Of a stretch of DNA of 64,000 bases, positions 10,164-19,492 are shown one piece after another (position 1 is the first letter of the stretch; each line of letters begins with the position of its first letter). The notes below the pieces were generated by a model, which searched no databases, was not told the DNA's origin, and worked only from the letters and a program-made list of their open reading frames with translations. Both the position numbers and the translations under genes were made by a program. Origin of the DNA: an uncultured delta proteobacterium. GTDB lineage: Bacteria; Myxococcota; UBA727; VGSZ01. The stretch is from the NCBI GenBank assembly GCA_963775425.1, contig CAVZJB010000005.1, positions 704,001-768,000 on the forward strand, written 5' to 3'.

Positions 10164-11017
10164 GGCGCCACCTGCACGCGCTGCACGAGCGCGAAGATGT
10201 CGTGCGACGTGAGGCCGGCCACGGCGAGCGGGAGCGCGACGACGAGCAGCCACCAGCCGCGCGCATGCAGCCGCGCGAACGCGAGCGCGAGGGCGGCCCG
10301 CGGGAAGCGATGCGGTTTGGTCCGGCGCGCGGCCGCCTTGTCGCGCGCCTTGTCGAAGCGGGCGCGTGAGCGCAGCAACGCGCCGTGGAGGAGGTCGGGC
10401 AGGAAGCGCCACACGAGGAGCGCGGCGGCGAGGATGCCCGCGCCGGCGGCGACGTGGCCGGACCAGAGGAGCTCGGGGAACAAGCGCTGCAGGGCGTGGC
10501 GCGTGAAGCCCTCGACGGCGAGGGCGGCGGTGGCGGCGCCGCCGAAGGCGAAGCAGAAGAGCGTGGGGATGACGGCGAGGCGCTCGACGTCGAGGGGCGA
10601 CAGCGCCGCTCTCATCTGCCGCGCGCTGGCGACGACCTCCGGCAGGAGCCCCTGCGGGTCGTCGTCGACGTGGCGGCCCCAGGCGAGGTCGATGAGGAGG
10701 ATGTCGAGCAGGAGCTCCGCGACGAGCGCGAGGCCGAGGGCGAGCTTGTCCTTCTCGCCGAGGTCGATGAACGTGGCGAACGACGCCGACGCCTTGAGCG
10801 CGGTCTCCTGAGCGATGGCGCCGCCCTGCGCGAGCCAGTCGAAGAAGCCGGCGGCGGTGTTGTCGACGGCGAGGTCGACGGCGTCGACGATGTCGTAGAC
10901 GACGTCGTCGAGGTGGTCGGCGGCGAGGTGGACGCCCATGAACACCAGGCAGATGGCGGCGACGCGGCGCACGAGGCGCCGCTGGGAGCCGATGGCGTGG
11001 CTGATGCCGTTCAGCAC
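10160..11017 (-). CDS. Hypothetical multi-pass membrane protein
   Basis: GGAGG SD before GTG 11017; several hydrophobic helices; stop overlaps M23 gene start. Confidence 0.75.
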   Translation of the reverse strand: MLNGISHAIGSQRRLVRRVAAICLVFMGVHLAADHLDDVVYDIVDAVDLAVDNTAAGFFDWLAQGGAIAQETALKASASFATFIDLGEKDKLALGLALVAELLLDILLIDLAWGRHVDDDPQGLLPEVVASARQMRAALSPLDVERLAVIPTLFCFAFGGAATAALAVEGFTRHALQRLFPELLWSGHVAAGAGILAAALLVWRFLPDLLHGALLRSRARFDKARDKAAARRTKPHRFPRAALALAFARLHARGWWLLVVALPLAVAGLTSHDIFALVQRVQVAP

Positions 11018-11173
11018 GGAGCCTCCCCGCGGCAGGCAACGAGCCTTGGGCGTATGGTCTCGCCGGTCATCAAGCGCGCCTCTCCCTCGGTGGAACGCGC
11101 GGGATCGCGCGGAGTTCCGGTGCTGATGCAAAAATCCCAGATCTGCGACGGATATTCGTAGAGGAGCCTGCTT

Positions 11174-14100
11174 TTGTCCGCCTCCGAGGCAAGTCCGCGC
11201 CGTGTCCTGGTCGTCGTGCGTGATACCGCGCACGCCCGAGACGACGTCGCGCCCGTGTGGACGCTGCGCGAGCTGTTCGACCGGCTGATCGCGTGGGCGC
11301 TGCTCGCCGACGGCGGCGTGCGCGACAATCGGGCGGCGCTGTGGGCGACGGCGGAGGCGCTGGCGCAGGGCGGGGCGCTCCTGCCGCGCATCGCGCACGA
11401 CGCCGACGACCTGCGGCGCGCGTTGCTCCACGGCGGAGCGTCCGCCGCCGAGGTCGCGCGCGCGCTCGACGACGGCGACAGCGGGCGCGCCGGGGAGCTC
11501 GCGACGCTGTTTGCGACGCTGGCGGCGGCGGAGCGTCGTTTGGCGGCGGCGGAGCGCGTCGACGGCGCGGCGGCGCTCGCGCGGGCGGTGCAAATGCTCG
11601 AGCGCGGCGAGGTGCCGGCGGCGCTGCGGGCGTTCGACGCCGTCGAGGTGCGCGAGCTCGTGGAGCCGAGCGACCTGGAGCTGCGGGCGTTGGTGGCGCT
11701 CGCGCGCGGGGGGATCTCCGTGCGCGCGTCCGTGCCCATCGATTCGCTCGGCCGGGGGCTCCTGGCCGGCGTGGAGCCCGTGCTGCGCGCCCTCGAGGCC
11801 GCCGACGACGCCGACCTCGAGCTCGAGCTCGTCGACGTCGCGGAGGGCGCGCGCGCCGACGGCACCTCCGGCTTCGCGCGGGCCTGGTACGGGGGCGGCG
11901 TGGCGCCGGGGGCGTCCGTCGAGGTCGCGCTGTGCGCCGACGAGGCCGCCGAGGCGCGCGACATCGCTTCGGTGGTCGCGGCGTGGCGCCGCGAGCGCCC
12001 GGGCGCGCGCGTCGCCGTCGCGTTGCGCACCGTCGACGACGGCGCCGCGCGCATCGCCGACGCGTTGTCCGCGCACGGGACCCCGGTGCGCATCGGTCGC
12101 CGCACGCTCCTCGCGGCTCCCGCGGCGCGGCTGCTCCTCGACGTCGTCGCCCTCGCCCGCGACGGCGCGCCGCGCGACCGGCTCGTCGCCGTCCTCGCGA
12201 GCCCGGCGCTCACCGGCGCGCTGTCGTCCGCCGAGGGCGCGCGCGTGCTGCGCGTGCTGCGGCTCGCCGCCGCGCGCACCGACGTCGAAGACGCGCAGCG
12301 CCCACGCGGCGGCTACCGCCACCGCCTCGAGCGCTACCGGAGCGGCCTCGAGCTCGAGCAGGAGCGCCACGAGGTAGACGTCGCCCTCGGCCACGTCGAG
12401 CGCGCCCTCGGCTTCGCCGCCCGCCTCCCGAAAGAGGCCACGCTCCTGCAGCACCTCGAGGCCCTCCGCGCCGTCGCCGGTGTGATCTTCGAGGACGGTG
12501 ACCGCCTCGGCTGCGCCGACGTCGTCGACCTCCTCGACGAGTCCCTGCGCGCCTGCGCCGCCGTCGCCGGCGACGCAGGGGATCGCGTCGCGCTCGCCGC
12601 CGTCGCCACGCTCCTCGAGCGCGCGCTCGAGCGCGCCCCCGGACCCGCGCCCGCCGTCGACGCCGACGACGCCGTGGAGATCCTCGCGCTCCCCGAGCTC
12701 GTCGGGCGCGCCCTCGATCACGTCGTCATCGCCGGCTGTGTCGAGGGCCGCCTCCCGCGCACCGAGCGCAAGGAGCGGCTGCTCGCCGACGCCGACCGCG
12801 CCCTCGTCAACAAGGCGCTCGGCCGGCGCGCGCTGCGGCTCATCGACGACGACCCGCTCGAGCCGTCGCCGGTCGCGCGGGCCCAGGCGCTCGAGCCGCT
12901 GTGGTTCCTCGGCGCCGTGCGCGCCGCCGGCCGCTCGCTCCTCCTCAGCGCGCCGCGGCGCGACGGCCGCGGGCGCGAGCTGTCGCCGAGCGTCTTCCTC
13001 CTCGAGAGCGAGCGCGCCCTCGCAGGGCAGGGCGCCCGCTTCGCGCGGGAGCCGTCGCCGCGGGCGGTGGCGGTGCGCGCGGCGGGCCTGCGCGCCGGGG
13101 GCGCGCTCGACGACGACCACGCGCGCGCGCTCGGCTTGTCGCCGGGCCTCGTCGCGCACATCGACCTCTGCAAGCGCATCGCCGACGAGCGCGCGCGCTT
13201 CTTCTTCCACAAGGGCAGCCGGCCGCTGTCGGCGGTGCGCGCGCCGTTCGCGTTCGCGGTCGACCCCGAGCGCATCAGCACGACCTTCGCTGGCTCGTTC
13301 GGGCTCTCCGCCGCGCGCCCGCTGACGCCCACGCGGCTCGAGGCGCTCGCGTCGTGTCGCATGCACGGCTTCCTGCAGCACGTGCTCAAGGTCGACGTCG
13401 ACGCGCCCGCGGGCAACGCCGCGGACGCCCGCGTGATCGGGACGCTCGCGCACGCCGTGATGGAGCGCTTCTTTCGCGAGCGCAAGGCGAGGAACGTCCC
13501 CGCCTCCCGTGTCACCGACGCGGACCGCGAACGCGTGCGCGCGCTGCTCGCCGAGGAGGCCGCGCCCGTCATCGCCTTTCGCGCCACCGGACACCTCGGC
13601 GCCATTCGCGCGCAGATCGAGTGGCTGGAGACCGCGCTGGTGCGCGCGGTGTCGATGCTCGCGCGCGACCCGCGCGTGGGAGGTGTGGAGCCCGTGGACT
13701 TCGAGGTCGCCGTCGGCGTCGGAGAGGGCGCACTGCCGGCCTCGTCGCTCGAGGTGGGCGGGCGCACGCTGTGGCTCGGCGGCGTCATCGATCGCATCGA
13801 CGAGGGCGCGGGCGCGCGGGCGGTGATCGACTACAAGACGTCGAGCACGGGGGCCATTCGCAGGAAGGCGCGCGTCGACGCGCTGTTCGAGAAGCACTTC
13901 CAGTTGCTGCTCTACCTGCGCATCCTCGAGGCGCATCGGCCTACGCCGGAGGGCACGTCGCTGCACGGGTACCTGGTGTCCTTGCGCGACGGCACCACCA
14001 GCAGCGACGTGGCCGAGGTCCCCGATCTCCGCGCGCGCGTCCTCGACGACGCGCGCGAGGACGGCCTCGCCGCGGGCGTCGGCCGCGTGGTGCTGCCCGT

Positions 14101-14233
14101 CCTCGAAGGCACGTTGCCGCCCGACGCCGGCGACCGCTGCGACACCTGCCGCCTGCAGCGCATCTGCCGCATCCCGTTGGCGCCCGAATTCGCCCCGGAC
14201 ATCGACGACGTCGACGAGGGGAGCGGCGTATGA
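11174..14233 (+). CDS. addB: AddB-like subunit: inactive helicase fold plus PD-(D/E)xK nuclease with 4-Cys Fe-S motif
   Basis: GAGGAG SD, TTG start; SPSVF; TPTRLEALASC, IGTLAH, GVIDRID, VIDYKT, FQLLLY, CDTCRLQRIC. Confidence 0.85.
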   Translation: MSASEASPRRVLVVVRDTAHARDDVAPVWTLRELFDRLIAWALLADGGVRDNRAALWATAEALAQGGALLPRIAHDADDLRRALLHGGASAAEVARALDDGDSGRAGELATLFATLAAAERRLAAAERVDGAAALARAVQMLERGEVPAALRAFDAVEVRELVEPSDLELRALVALARGGISVRASVPIDSLGRGLLAGVEPVLRALEAADDADLELELVDVAEGARADGTSGFARAWYGGGVAPGASVEVALCADEAAEARDIASVVAAWRRERPGARVAVALRTVDDGAARIADALSAHGTPVRIGRRTLLAAPAARLLLDVVALARDGAPRDRLVAVLASPALTGALSSAEGARVLRVLRLAAARTDVEDAQRPRGGYRHRLERYRSGLELEQERHEVDVALGHVERALGFAARLPKEATLLQHLEALRAVAGVIFEDGDRLGCADVVDLLDESLRACAAVAGDAGDRVALAAVATLLERALERAPGPAPAVDADDAVEILALPELVGRALDHVVIAGCVEGRLPRTERKERLLADADRALVNKALGRRALRLIDDDPLEPSPVARAQALEPLWFLGAVRAAGRSLLLSAPRRDGRGRELSPSVFLLESERALAGQGARFAREPSPRAVAVRAAGLRAGGALDDDHARALGLSPGLVAHIDLCKRIADERARFFFHKGSRPLSAVRAPFAFAVDPERISTTFAGSFGLSAARPLTPTRLEALASCRMHGFLQHVLKVDVDAPAGNAADARVIGTLAHAVMERFFRERKARNVPASRVTDADRERVRALLAEEAAPVIAFRATGHLGAIRAQIEWLETALVRAVSMLARDPRVGGVEPVDFEVAVGVGEGALPASSLEVGGRTLWLGGVIDRIDEGAGARAVIDYKTSSTGAIRRKARVDALFEKHFQLLLYLRILEAHRPTPEGTSLHGYLVSLRDGTTSSDVAEVPDLRARVLDDAREDGLAAGVGRVVLPVLEGTLPPDAGDRCDTCRLQRICRIPLAPEFAPDIDDVDEGSGV

Positions 14234-17200
14234 CCCTGAACGACCGCGGGCGCGACGATGAGGGCGCCACGGCTGAGGGCGCCGCCGCCCGCAACGTCGT
14301 CGTCGTCGCCGGGGCGGGGACGGGGAAGACGCACGCGCTCGTCGAGGCGTACCTGGAGTGTCTCCTCGGGCTCGACGACGCCGCGCGCCCGCGCTCGCCC
14401 GAGCAGGTCCTCGCCATCACCTTCACCGAGAAGGCGGCCGCCGAGATGCGCGCGCGGGTGCAGCGCCGCCTCGGCGACCTGATCTTCCAGACCGCGCGCG
14501 AGGAGACGCTCGCCGCGCGCCTCGAGGCGCAGCGCGGGCGCGGCGGCTTCGACGTCGACACCCGCGTCCTCGAGGGGCTGCGCCGCGCCGTCAGCGGCGC
14601 CCCGATCCACACGTTCCACGCGTTTTGCGCGCGCGTGCTGCGCGACCACGCCCTCGCCGCCGACCTCGATCCGGCGTTCTCCATCCTCGAGCCCGACGAC
14701 GAGCGCCGCCTCCTCCACGAGAGCGCCGAGGCGTGCGTCCTCGACGCGCTCGCCGCCGGCGCGTCTCGCGGCGTCGCGGAGCTGGTCGCGCGCGTGGCGC
14801 TGCGCGGCTTCGGCGAGCGCAAGGGCCTCGTCGAGTGCCTGGTGGACCTCCACGGCACGCTCGCCGAGCGCGGCTTGTCCGCCGGGGACCTCGGGCTCGC
14901 CGCCGACGCCAGCGGCGGCGTCGACGACGCGCTCGTCGCCATCGACACCGCCCTCGACGCGGTGCGCGCCCGCGCCACCGGCAACGGCGTCGCGCGCTGC
15001 GCCTTCGTCACCCACGCCAAGGCCGCGCTCGTCGCTGCCTGGGCCGACACCTCGGACGACCCGGAGCCCCGGGTGGCCCGCGCCTTCACCGAGCTTCGCG
15101 ACGCCGCCGGCGGCAACTGGGGCGGCAACCGCGTCGCCGAAGAGCGCAGGAGCCTCGTCGCCGCCGTCGACGCCGCCGGCGCCGCGCTCGTCGACGCGTT
15201 CACGCGCAATCTCGCGCCGGTGGTGCGCGAGCTGCTCGTCGCCCTCGACGAGCGGCAGCGGCGCGAGAAGCAGGCCCGCGGCTTCCTCGCGTTCGGCGAT
15301 CTCCTCGTGCGTACGCGCGACCTCCTCGCGTCGAGCCCCAGCGTGCGCGCGCGGGTGAAGGGGCGCTTCGCGCGCGTGCTCGTCGACGAGTACCAGGACA
15401 CGAGCCCCGTGCAGGAAGACGTGCTCGCGCTGCTCCTCGAGGATCCGACGCGCGGCGCGCCGCTCGCCTCGAGCGTCCGCGCGCCCGGCGGCGCGGCCAC
15501 GCTGCTCGGCGCCGTGGCGCTCGGCGCGGGGCGCGGGTTCCTCGTCGGCGACCCCAAGCAGAGCATCTACGGCTTCCGCGGCGCCGACGCCGGCGTCTTC
15601 GGGCGCGCGCTCGACGTCGTCGCGGCGTCGCCCGCGGGCGAGCGCCGGGAGCTGGCGGCGTGCCGCCGATCCCTCGCGCCGGTCGTCGACGTCGCCAACC
15701 TCGTGGCGTCGGTGGCGCTGCCGCGCGGCCGCTACGGCGTGGACCCGGCGCAGATCGTCCCGCTCGCGGCCGTGCGCGGCGGCGACGGCGCGGCGGGCGA
15801 GCACTGGCGCGTGGCGCCGCTCGAGGAGACGGGCGGCGCAGGGGAGCAAGCGGGACCGCGGCTGTCGCCGCACGAGCTCGAGTCGCTCGTGGTGGCGCGC
15901 CGGCTGCGCGAGCTGTTCGACGCCGGCGTGCACGCGCCTCGCGACGTCGCCGTGCTCGTGCGCCGCGGCAAAGCGGCGGTGCCGTTGGCGCGCGCGCTGT
16001 CGCGCGCGGGGATCCCGTCCGTCGTCGTCGGCGGCGACGGCTTCTACCAGCGCCCCGAGGTGAGCGACGTGGTCGCCGCGCTCACGCTCGCCGCCGATCC
16101 CACCGACGAAGTCGCGCTGTGGACGGTGCTGCGCTCGCCGCTCGTGGGCGTGCCCGACGACCAGATCCTGGCGCTGTACGCGCAGCTCGAGAAGGCACGC
16201 GGCCTCACCTGGGAGCGCGCGCTCGTCGCCGCCACCCGCACCGACGCGATCCACGCCGACGTGCGCGAGCGCTTGCGCGCGTTCGGCGCCGTCCTCACCA
16301 CCGTGCAGAACCGGCTGCACGAGCCCGCCTTCGATCGCACCGGCCTCGCGCGCGCAGTCGACACGTTGCTCGACGACGGCGGCTACGCGGCCGCCTGCGC
16401 CGTCGAGCGCGACGCCGCGCTGCGCCTGCGCAACCTGGAGAAGCTGCGCGCGCTGGTGGAGGGGAAGCGCGAGAGCGCGCTGGTGGCGCTCGCGCGTCTG
16501 GCGTCGTCCGTCGACGAACAGCCGCCGGAGCCGTTGGCGGCGGCGCTCGACGGGCCCGAGACCGAGGCGGTGCGCATCATGACCATCCACCAGGCGAAGG
16601 GGCTCGAGTTTCCCGTCGTGGTCCTCGCCGACGCCGGCTCCGGCCTGCGCGGCGAGACCGACGACGTGTGCTTCGACGCCGCCGCCGGCCTCGCCGTCAC
16701 CGCCCGCGGCCGGCCCATCGCCGCGTGCGCGCAGAAGGCCGCGCGCGCTTCGGGCTCGCTGTCGGCCACGGCAATCCAACGCGTGCGCCGCGCGCTGCGC
16801 GAACGAAGCGAGTGCGAGCTCGCGCGCCTGCTCTACGTCGCCGTCACGCGCGCACGCGACAAGCTCTACGTCGTGGGCGCGCCGCGGCGAAAGGGCGCCG
16901 GCTCGCTCCTGGGCATCCTCGACGTCGTGCGCGCGTCGGACACCCCGCGCTTCGACGCGTTGCTGCCGCGCATCGAGGTCGTCCCCACGGTGGCACCTCG
17001 CGCACCCGCTCCGGTCGTCCCCGCCGGCGAGGGCGCCCCCGCCGGCGAGGGCGCCCCCGTCCGCGAACGCCCCGCGGAGGGGCTGGCGTCGCAGGCCCCG
17101 GTTGCGTCGGCGCGCCGGCGGCTGCGCGCGTCGGACATCGGGCGCGCGCTCGAGCGTCAGCCGGGCTTGTTCGGGCAGGCGTCGTCGCCGGGGTTCGAGG

Positions 17201-17754
17201 CCGTCGACGAGCGGGACCGGCTGCCGCCCCGCGTGGCCGGTCGCCTGGCCCACGCCGTCATCGCCCTCGTCGCCACCGAGGCCGCGCCGCTGGTGCGCGC
17301 CGAAGGCGACGACGCCGGCTCGCTGCGCGCGGTGATCGGGCGCGCCGCGCGCGCCTGCGGCGTCGCCGACGCGCCCGCCTCGCTGCTGGAGCGCTGTGAG
17401 GCGACGCTGCGCGGGCCGGTGCGCGCGCTCCTCGCCGCCGGGCTCGCGCTGTCGTTCGAGGAGTCCGTGCGGCTCGAGCGGGGCGGCGTCGTCGTCGAGG
17501 GGAAGGCCGATCTCGTCGCGCGCGGCGCGGCGCAGACCGTCGTCGTCGAGCTCAAGCTCGCGGAGGCGCGCGCGCGGGGCGACGCGGCCGCCCTCCAGGT
17601 CAGCAGCTACGCGGCCTCGCTCGAAGAGCGCGGGGCGCCGGGGGTACACATCGCTACGTGGACCCTCGGCGACGAGGCGCCGTCGCCGGCGACGCCGTTC
17701 GGCCGCGCGCTCAAGGGCAAGCTCGAGCGCGCCCTCGGCGCCCTCGGGGCCTGA
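14230..17754 (+). CDS. addA: AddA-like UvrD/SF1A helicase-nuclease
   Basis: ATGA coupling; AGAGTGKT, ITFTEKAAAEM, TFHAFC, VDEYQDT, VGDPKQSIYGFRGAD, MTIHQAKGLEF, LYVAVTRARD; C-terminal GKADL..VVELK..QVSSY. Confidence 0.9.
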   Translation: MTLNDRGRDDEGATAEGAAARNVVVVAGAGTGKTHALVEAYLECLLGLDDAARPRSPEQVLAITFTEKAAAEMRARVQRRLGDLIFQTAREETLAARLEAQRGRGGFDVDTRVLEGLRRAVSGAPIHTFHAFCARVLRDHALAADLDPAFSILEPDDERRLLHESAEACVLDALAAGASRGVAELVARVALRGFGERKGLVECLVDLHGTLAERGLSAGDLGLAADASGGVDDALVAIDTALDAVRARATGNGVARCAFVTHAKAALVAAWADTSDDPEPRVARAFTELRDAAGGNWGGNRVAEERRSLVAAVDAAGAALVDAFTRNLAPVVRELLVALDERQRREKQARGFLAFGDLLVRTRDLLASSPSVRARVKGRFARVLVDEYQDTSPVQEDVLALLLEDPTRGAPLASSVRAPGGAATLLGAVALGAGRGFLVGDPKQSIYGFRGADAGVFGRALDVVAASPAGERRELAACRRSLAPVVDVANLVASVALPRGRYGVDPAQIVPLAAVRGGDGAAGEHWRVAPLEETGGAGEQAGPRLSPHELESLVVARRLRELFDAGVHAPRDVAVLVRRGKAAVPLARALSRAGIPSVVVGGDGFYQRPEVSDVVAALTLAADPTDEVALWTVLRSPLVGVPDDQILALYAQLEKARGLTWERALVAATRTDAIHADVRERLRAFGAVLTTVQNRLHEPAFDRTGLARAVDTLLDDGGYAAACAVERDAALRLRNLEKLRALVEGKRESALVALARLASSVDEQPPEPLAAALDGPETEAVRIMTIHQAKGLEFPVVVLADAGSGLRGETDDVCFDAAAGLAVTARGRPIAACAQKAARASGSLSATAIQRVRRALRERSECELARLLYVAVTRARDKLYVVGAPRRKGAGSLLGILDVVRASDTPRFDALLPRIEVVPTVAPRAPAPVVPAGEGAPAGEGAPVRERPAEGLASQAPVASARRRLRASDIGRALERQPGLFGQASSPGFEAVDERDRLPPRVAGRLAHAVIALVATEAAPLVRAEGDDAGSLRAVIGRAARACGVADAPASLLERCEATLRGPVRALLAAGLALSFEESVRLERGGVVVEGKADLVARGAAQTVVVELKLAEARARGDAAALQVSSYAASLEERGAPGVHIATWTLGDEAPSPATPFGRALKGKLERALGALGA

Positions 17755-17835
17755 GGCCCGCGCGGACGTCGACAACGCGGCGGGAGGGATTCCGGCGGGG
17801 TGTCGTGCCGCGGGGTGCCCTGCTAAAGAAGATGG

Positions 17836-19266
17836 ATGCGTAAGCCGCTGCCGCCGGGGTTCGCGTCGAGGCTCGAGCAGATCGTCGGGTCGCGCTACGC
17901 GCTCACCGATGACGAGGCGCTCGGCCGCGCCAGCCGCGACGAGACACCGAACCTCACGCCGTCGCTGCCGGACATCGTGGTGCGCCCCGAGGACGCCGCC
18001 CAGACCGCCGACGTCGTGCGCGCCTGCGCCGAGGCCGGCGTCCCCGTCACGCCGCGCGGCGCGGGCTCCGGCAAGTCCGGCGGCTGCGTGCCCGTCGACG
18101 GCGGCGTCGTCCTTCAGCTCGACCGGCTCGCGTCCATCACCCGCATCGAAAAGGGTGACGGCACCTGCACCGTGGAGCCCGGCGTCATCCTGGAGACCCT
18201 GCAGCAGGCGGTGGAGGCGGAGGGCATGTTCTATCCGCCCGACCCGGCGTCGCTGTCGATGTGCACCATCGGCGGCAACGTCGCCGAGAACGCGGGCGGC
18301 CCGCGCGCGCTCAAGTACGGCGTCACCAGCACCTACGTCCTCGGCCTGGAGGCGGTGCTCCCCACCGGCGAGCGGATCAAGACCGGCAAGGCCACCACCA
18401 AGGGTGTCGCCGGCTACGACCTCACGTCGCTCCTCGTCGGCAGCGAGGGCACGCTCGCGGTCATCACGTCGGTCACGCTCAAGCTGTTGCCCAACCCGCG
18501 GTACGTGCAGACGGCCATCGCGGTGTTTCCGTCGTCGGAGCACGCGGTGAAGGCCACGAGCGCGGTGCTCGCCGCGGGGATCCTCCCGCGGACGCTCGAG
18601 TACCTCGACAAGGACTCCATCGCCGCCGTTCGCGCGCTCAACCCGCCGTACCGCTTCCCCAAGGACGCCGGCGCGGCGCTGCTGCTCGAGACCGACGGCG
18701 AGAGCGAGGCCGGCACGCTCGAGGCGCTCGAGCGCGCCTTGCAGGTCTGTTCGGAGCACGGCTCGCTCGACGCGCTGCTCGCCGTCGACGCGCGGCAGCG
18801 GCGCGACATCTGGCAGAGCCGCCGGTTGTTGTCCGAGGCCACGCGCAAGATCAAGAAGCGCAAGGTCTCCGAGGACATCGTGGTGCCACGGAGCAAGATC
18901 CCCGAGATGGTCGCGCGCACGGGCGCCCTCGGGGAAAAGCACGGACTGGCGACCTGCAGCTTCGGCCACGCCGGCGACGGCAACCTGCACACGCAGATCC
19001 TCTTCGACGACGAGAGCGAGCTGCCGCACGTGGACGCGCTGCTCGACGACCTCTTCGCGACGGTCATCTCGCTCGGCGGCACCATCACCGGCGAGCACGG
19101 CGTGGGGCTGTCGAAGAAGAAGTACCTGCCGCTCGAGCTGTCGCCGGACGTGCTCGCGCTCTCGCAGCGCATCAAGGACGCGTTCGACCCCGCGGGCATC
19201 CTGAACCCCGGCAAGTTCCTCCCCGACAAGATCGCGATGCGCGCGGCCAAGAGGGCGGCGACGTGA
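17836..19266 (+). CDS. glcD: FAD-linked oxidase, glycolate oxidase GlcD / D-lactate dehydrogenase family
   Basis: PRGAGSG.SGG, PPDPAS, TIGGNVAENAGG..LKYG, GYDL, GSEGTL, GHAGDGNLH, GEHGVG, LNPGK. Confidence 0.88.
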   Translation: MRKPLPPGFASRLEQIVGSRYALTDDEALGRASRDETPNLTPSLPDIVVRPEDAAQTADVVRACAEAGVPVTPRGAGSGKSGGCVPVDGGVVLQLDRLASITRIEKGDGTCTVEPGVILETLQQAVEAEGMFYPPDPASLSMCTIGGNVAENAGGPRALKYGVTSTYVLGLEAVLPTGERIKTGKATTKGVAGYDLTSLLVGSEGTLAVITSVTLKLLPNPRYVQTAIAVFPSSEHAVKATSAVLAAGILPRTLEYLDKDSIAAVRALNPPYRFPKDAGAALLLETDGESEAGTLEALERALQVCSEHGSLDALLAVDARQRRDIWQSRRLLSEATRKIKKRKVSEDIVVPRSKIPEMVARTGALGEKHGLATCSFGHAGDGNLHTQILFDDESELPHVDALLDDLFATVISLGGTITGEHGVGLSKKKYLPLELSPDVLALSQRIKDAFDPAGILNPGKFLPDKIAMRAAKRAAT

Positions 19267-19388
19267 TCCCGGCGGTGCTCGAAGGCGTCCACAGCGCCAC
19301 CGGCCTCGCCGTAGACAACGCCGCCCGCACGTTGTGGGTGCTCGACGACGCCCGCGTGTCGATCTTCTCGCTCGACGACGTCCCCTAG
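19263..19388 (+). other. 41-codon ORF, possible beta-propeller blade remnant or microprotein
   Basis: GTGA-coupled to glcD stop; ATGLAVD..RTLWVLD..RVSIFSL resembles one NHL/propeller blade. Confidence 0.35.
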
Positions 19389-19492
19389 AGAAGTGATCCG
19401 CATAGCGGAACAGGGTCAGCCGAGCCCGCGCCGGGTCCCGCCGGCGACGGGCCTGGCGCGCGTGCCCAGAGGGCAGCCCGACGTCGACCGCC

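Noticed and set aside
11174-17754. Helicase-nuclease pair as an anti-phage system or Cas4-like module
   Set aside because: Gene order, size and motifs match housekeeping AddAB
13912-19098. Very long antisense or off-frame ORFs (e.g. 1728 aa here, also 1189-3837, 24886-27636, 44987-47812, 57616-60687)
   Set aside because: They shadow well-supported genes, are Arg/Ala/Gly-rich without motifs, and are expected from stop-codon scarcity at very high GC
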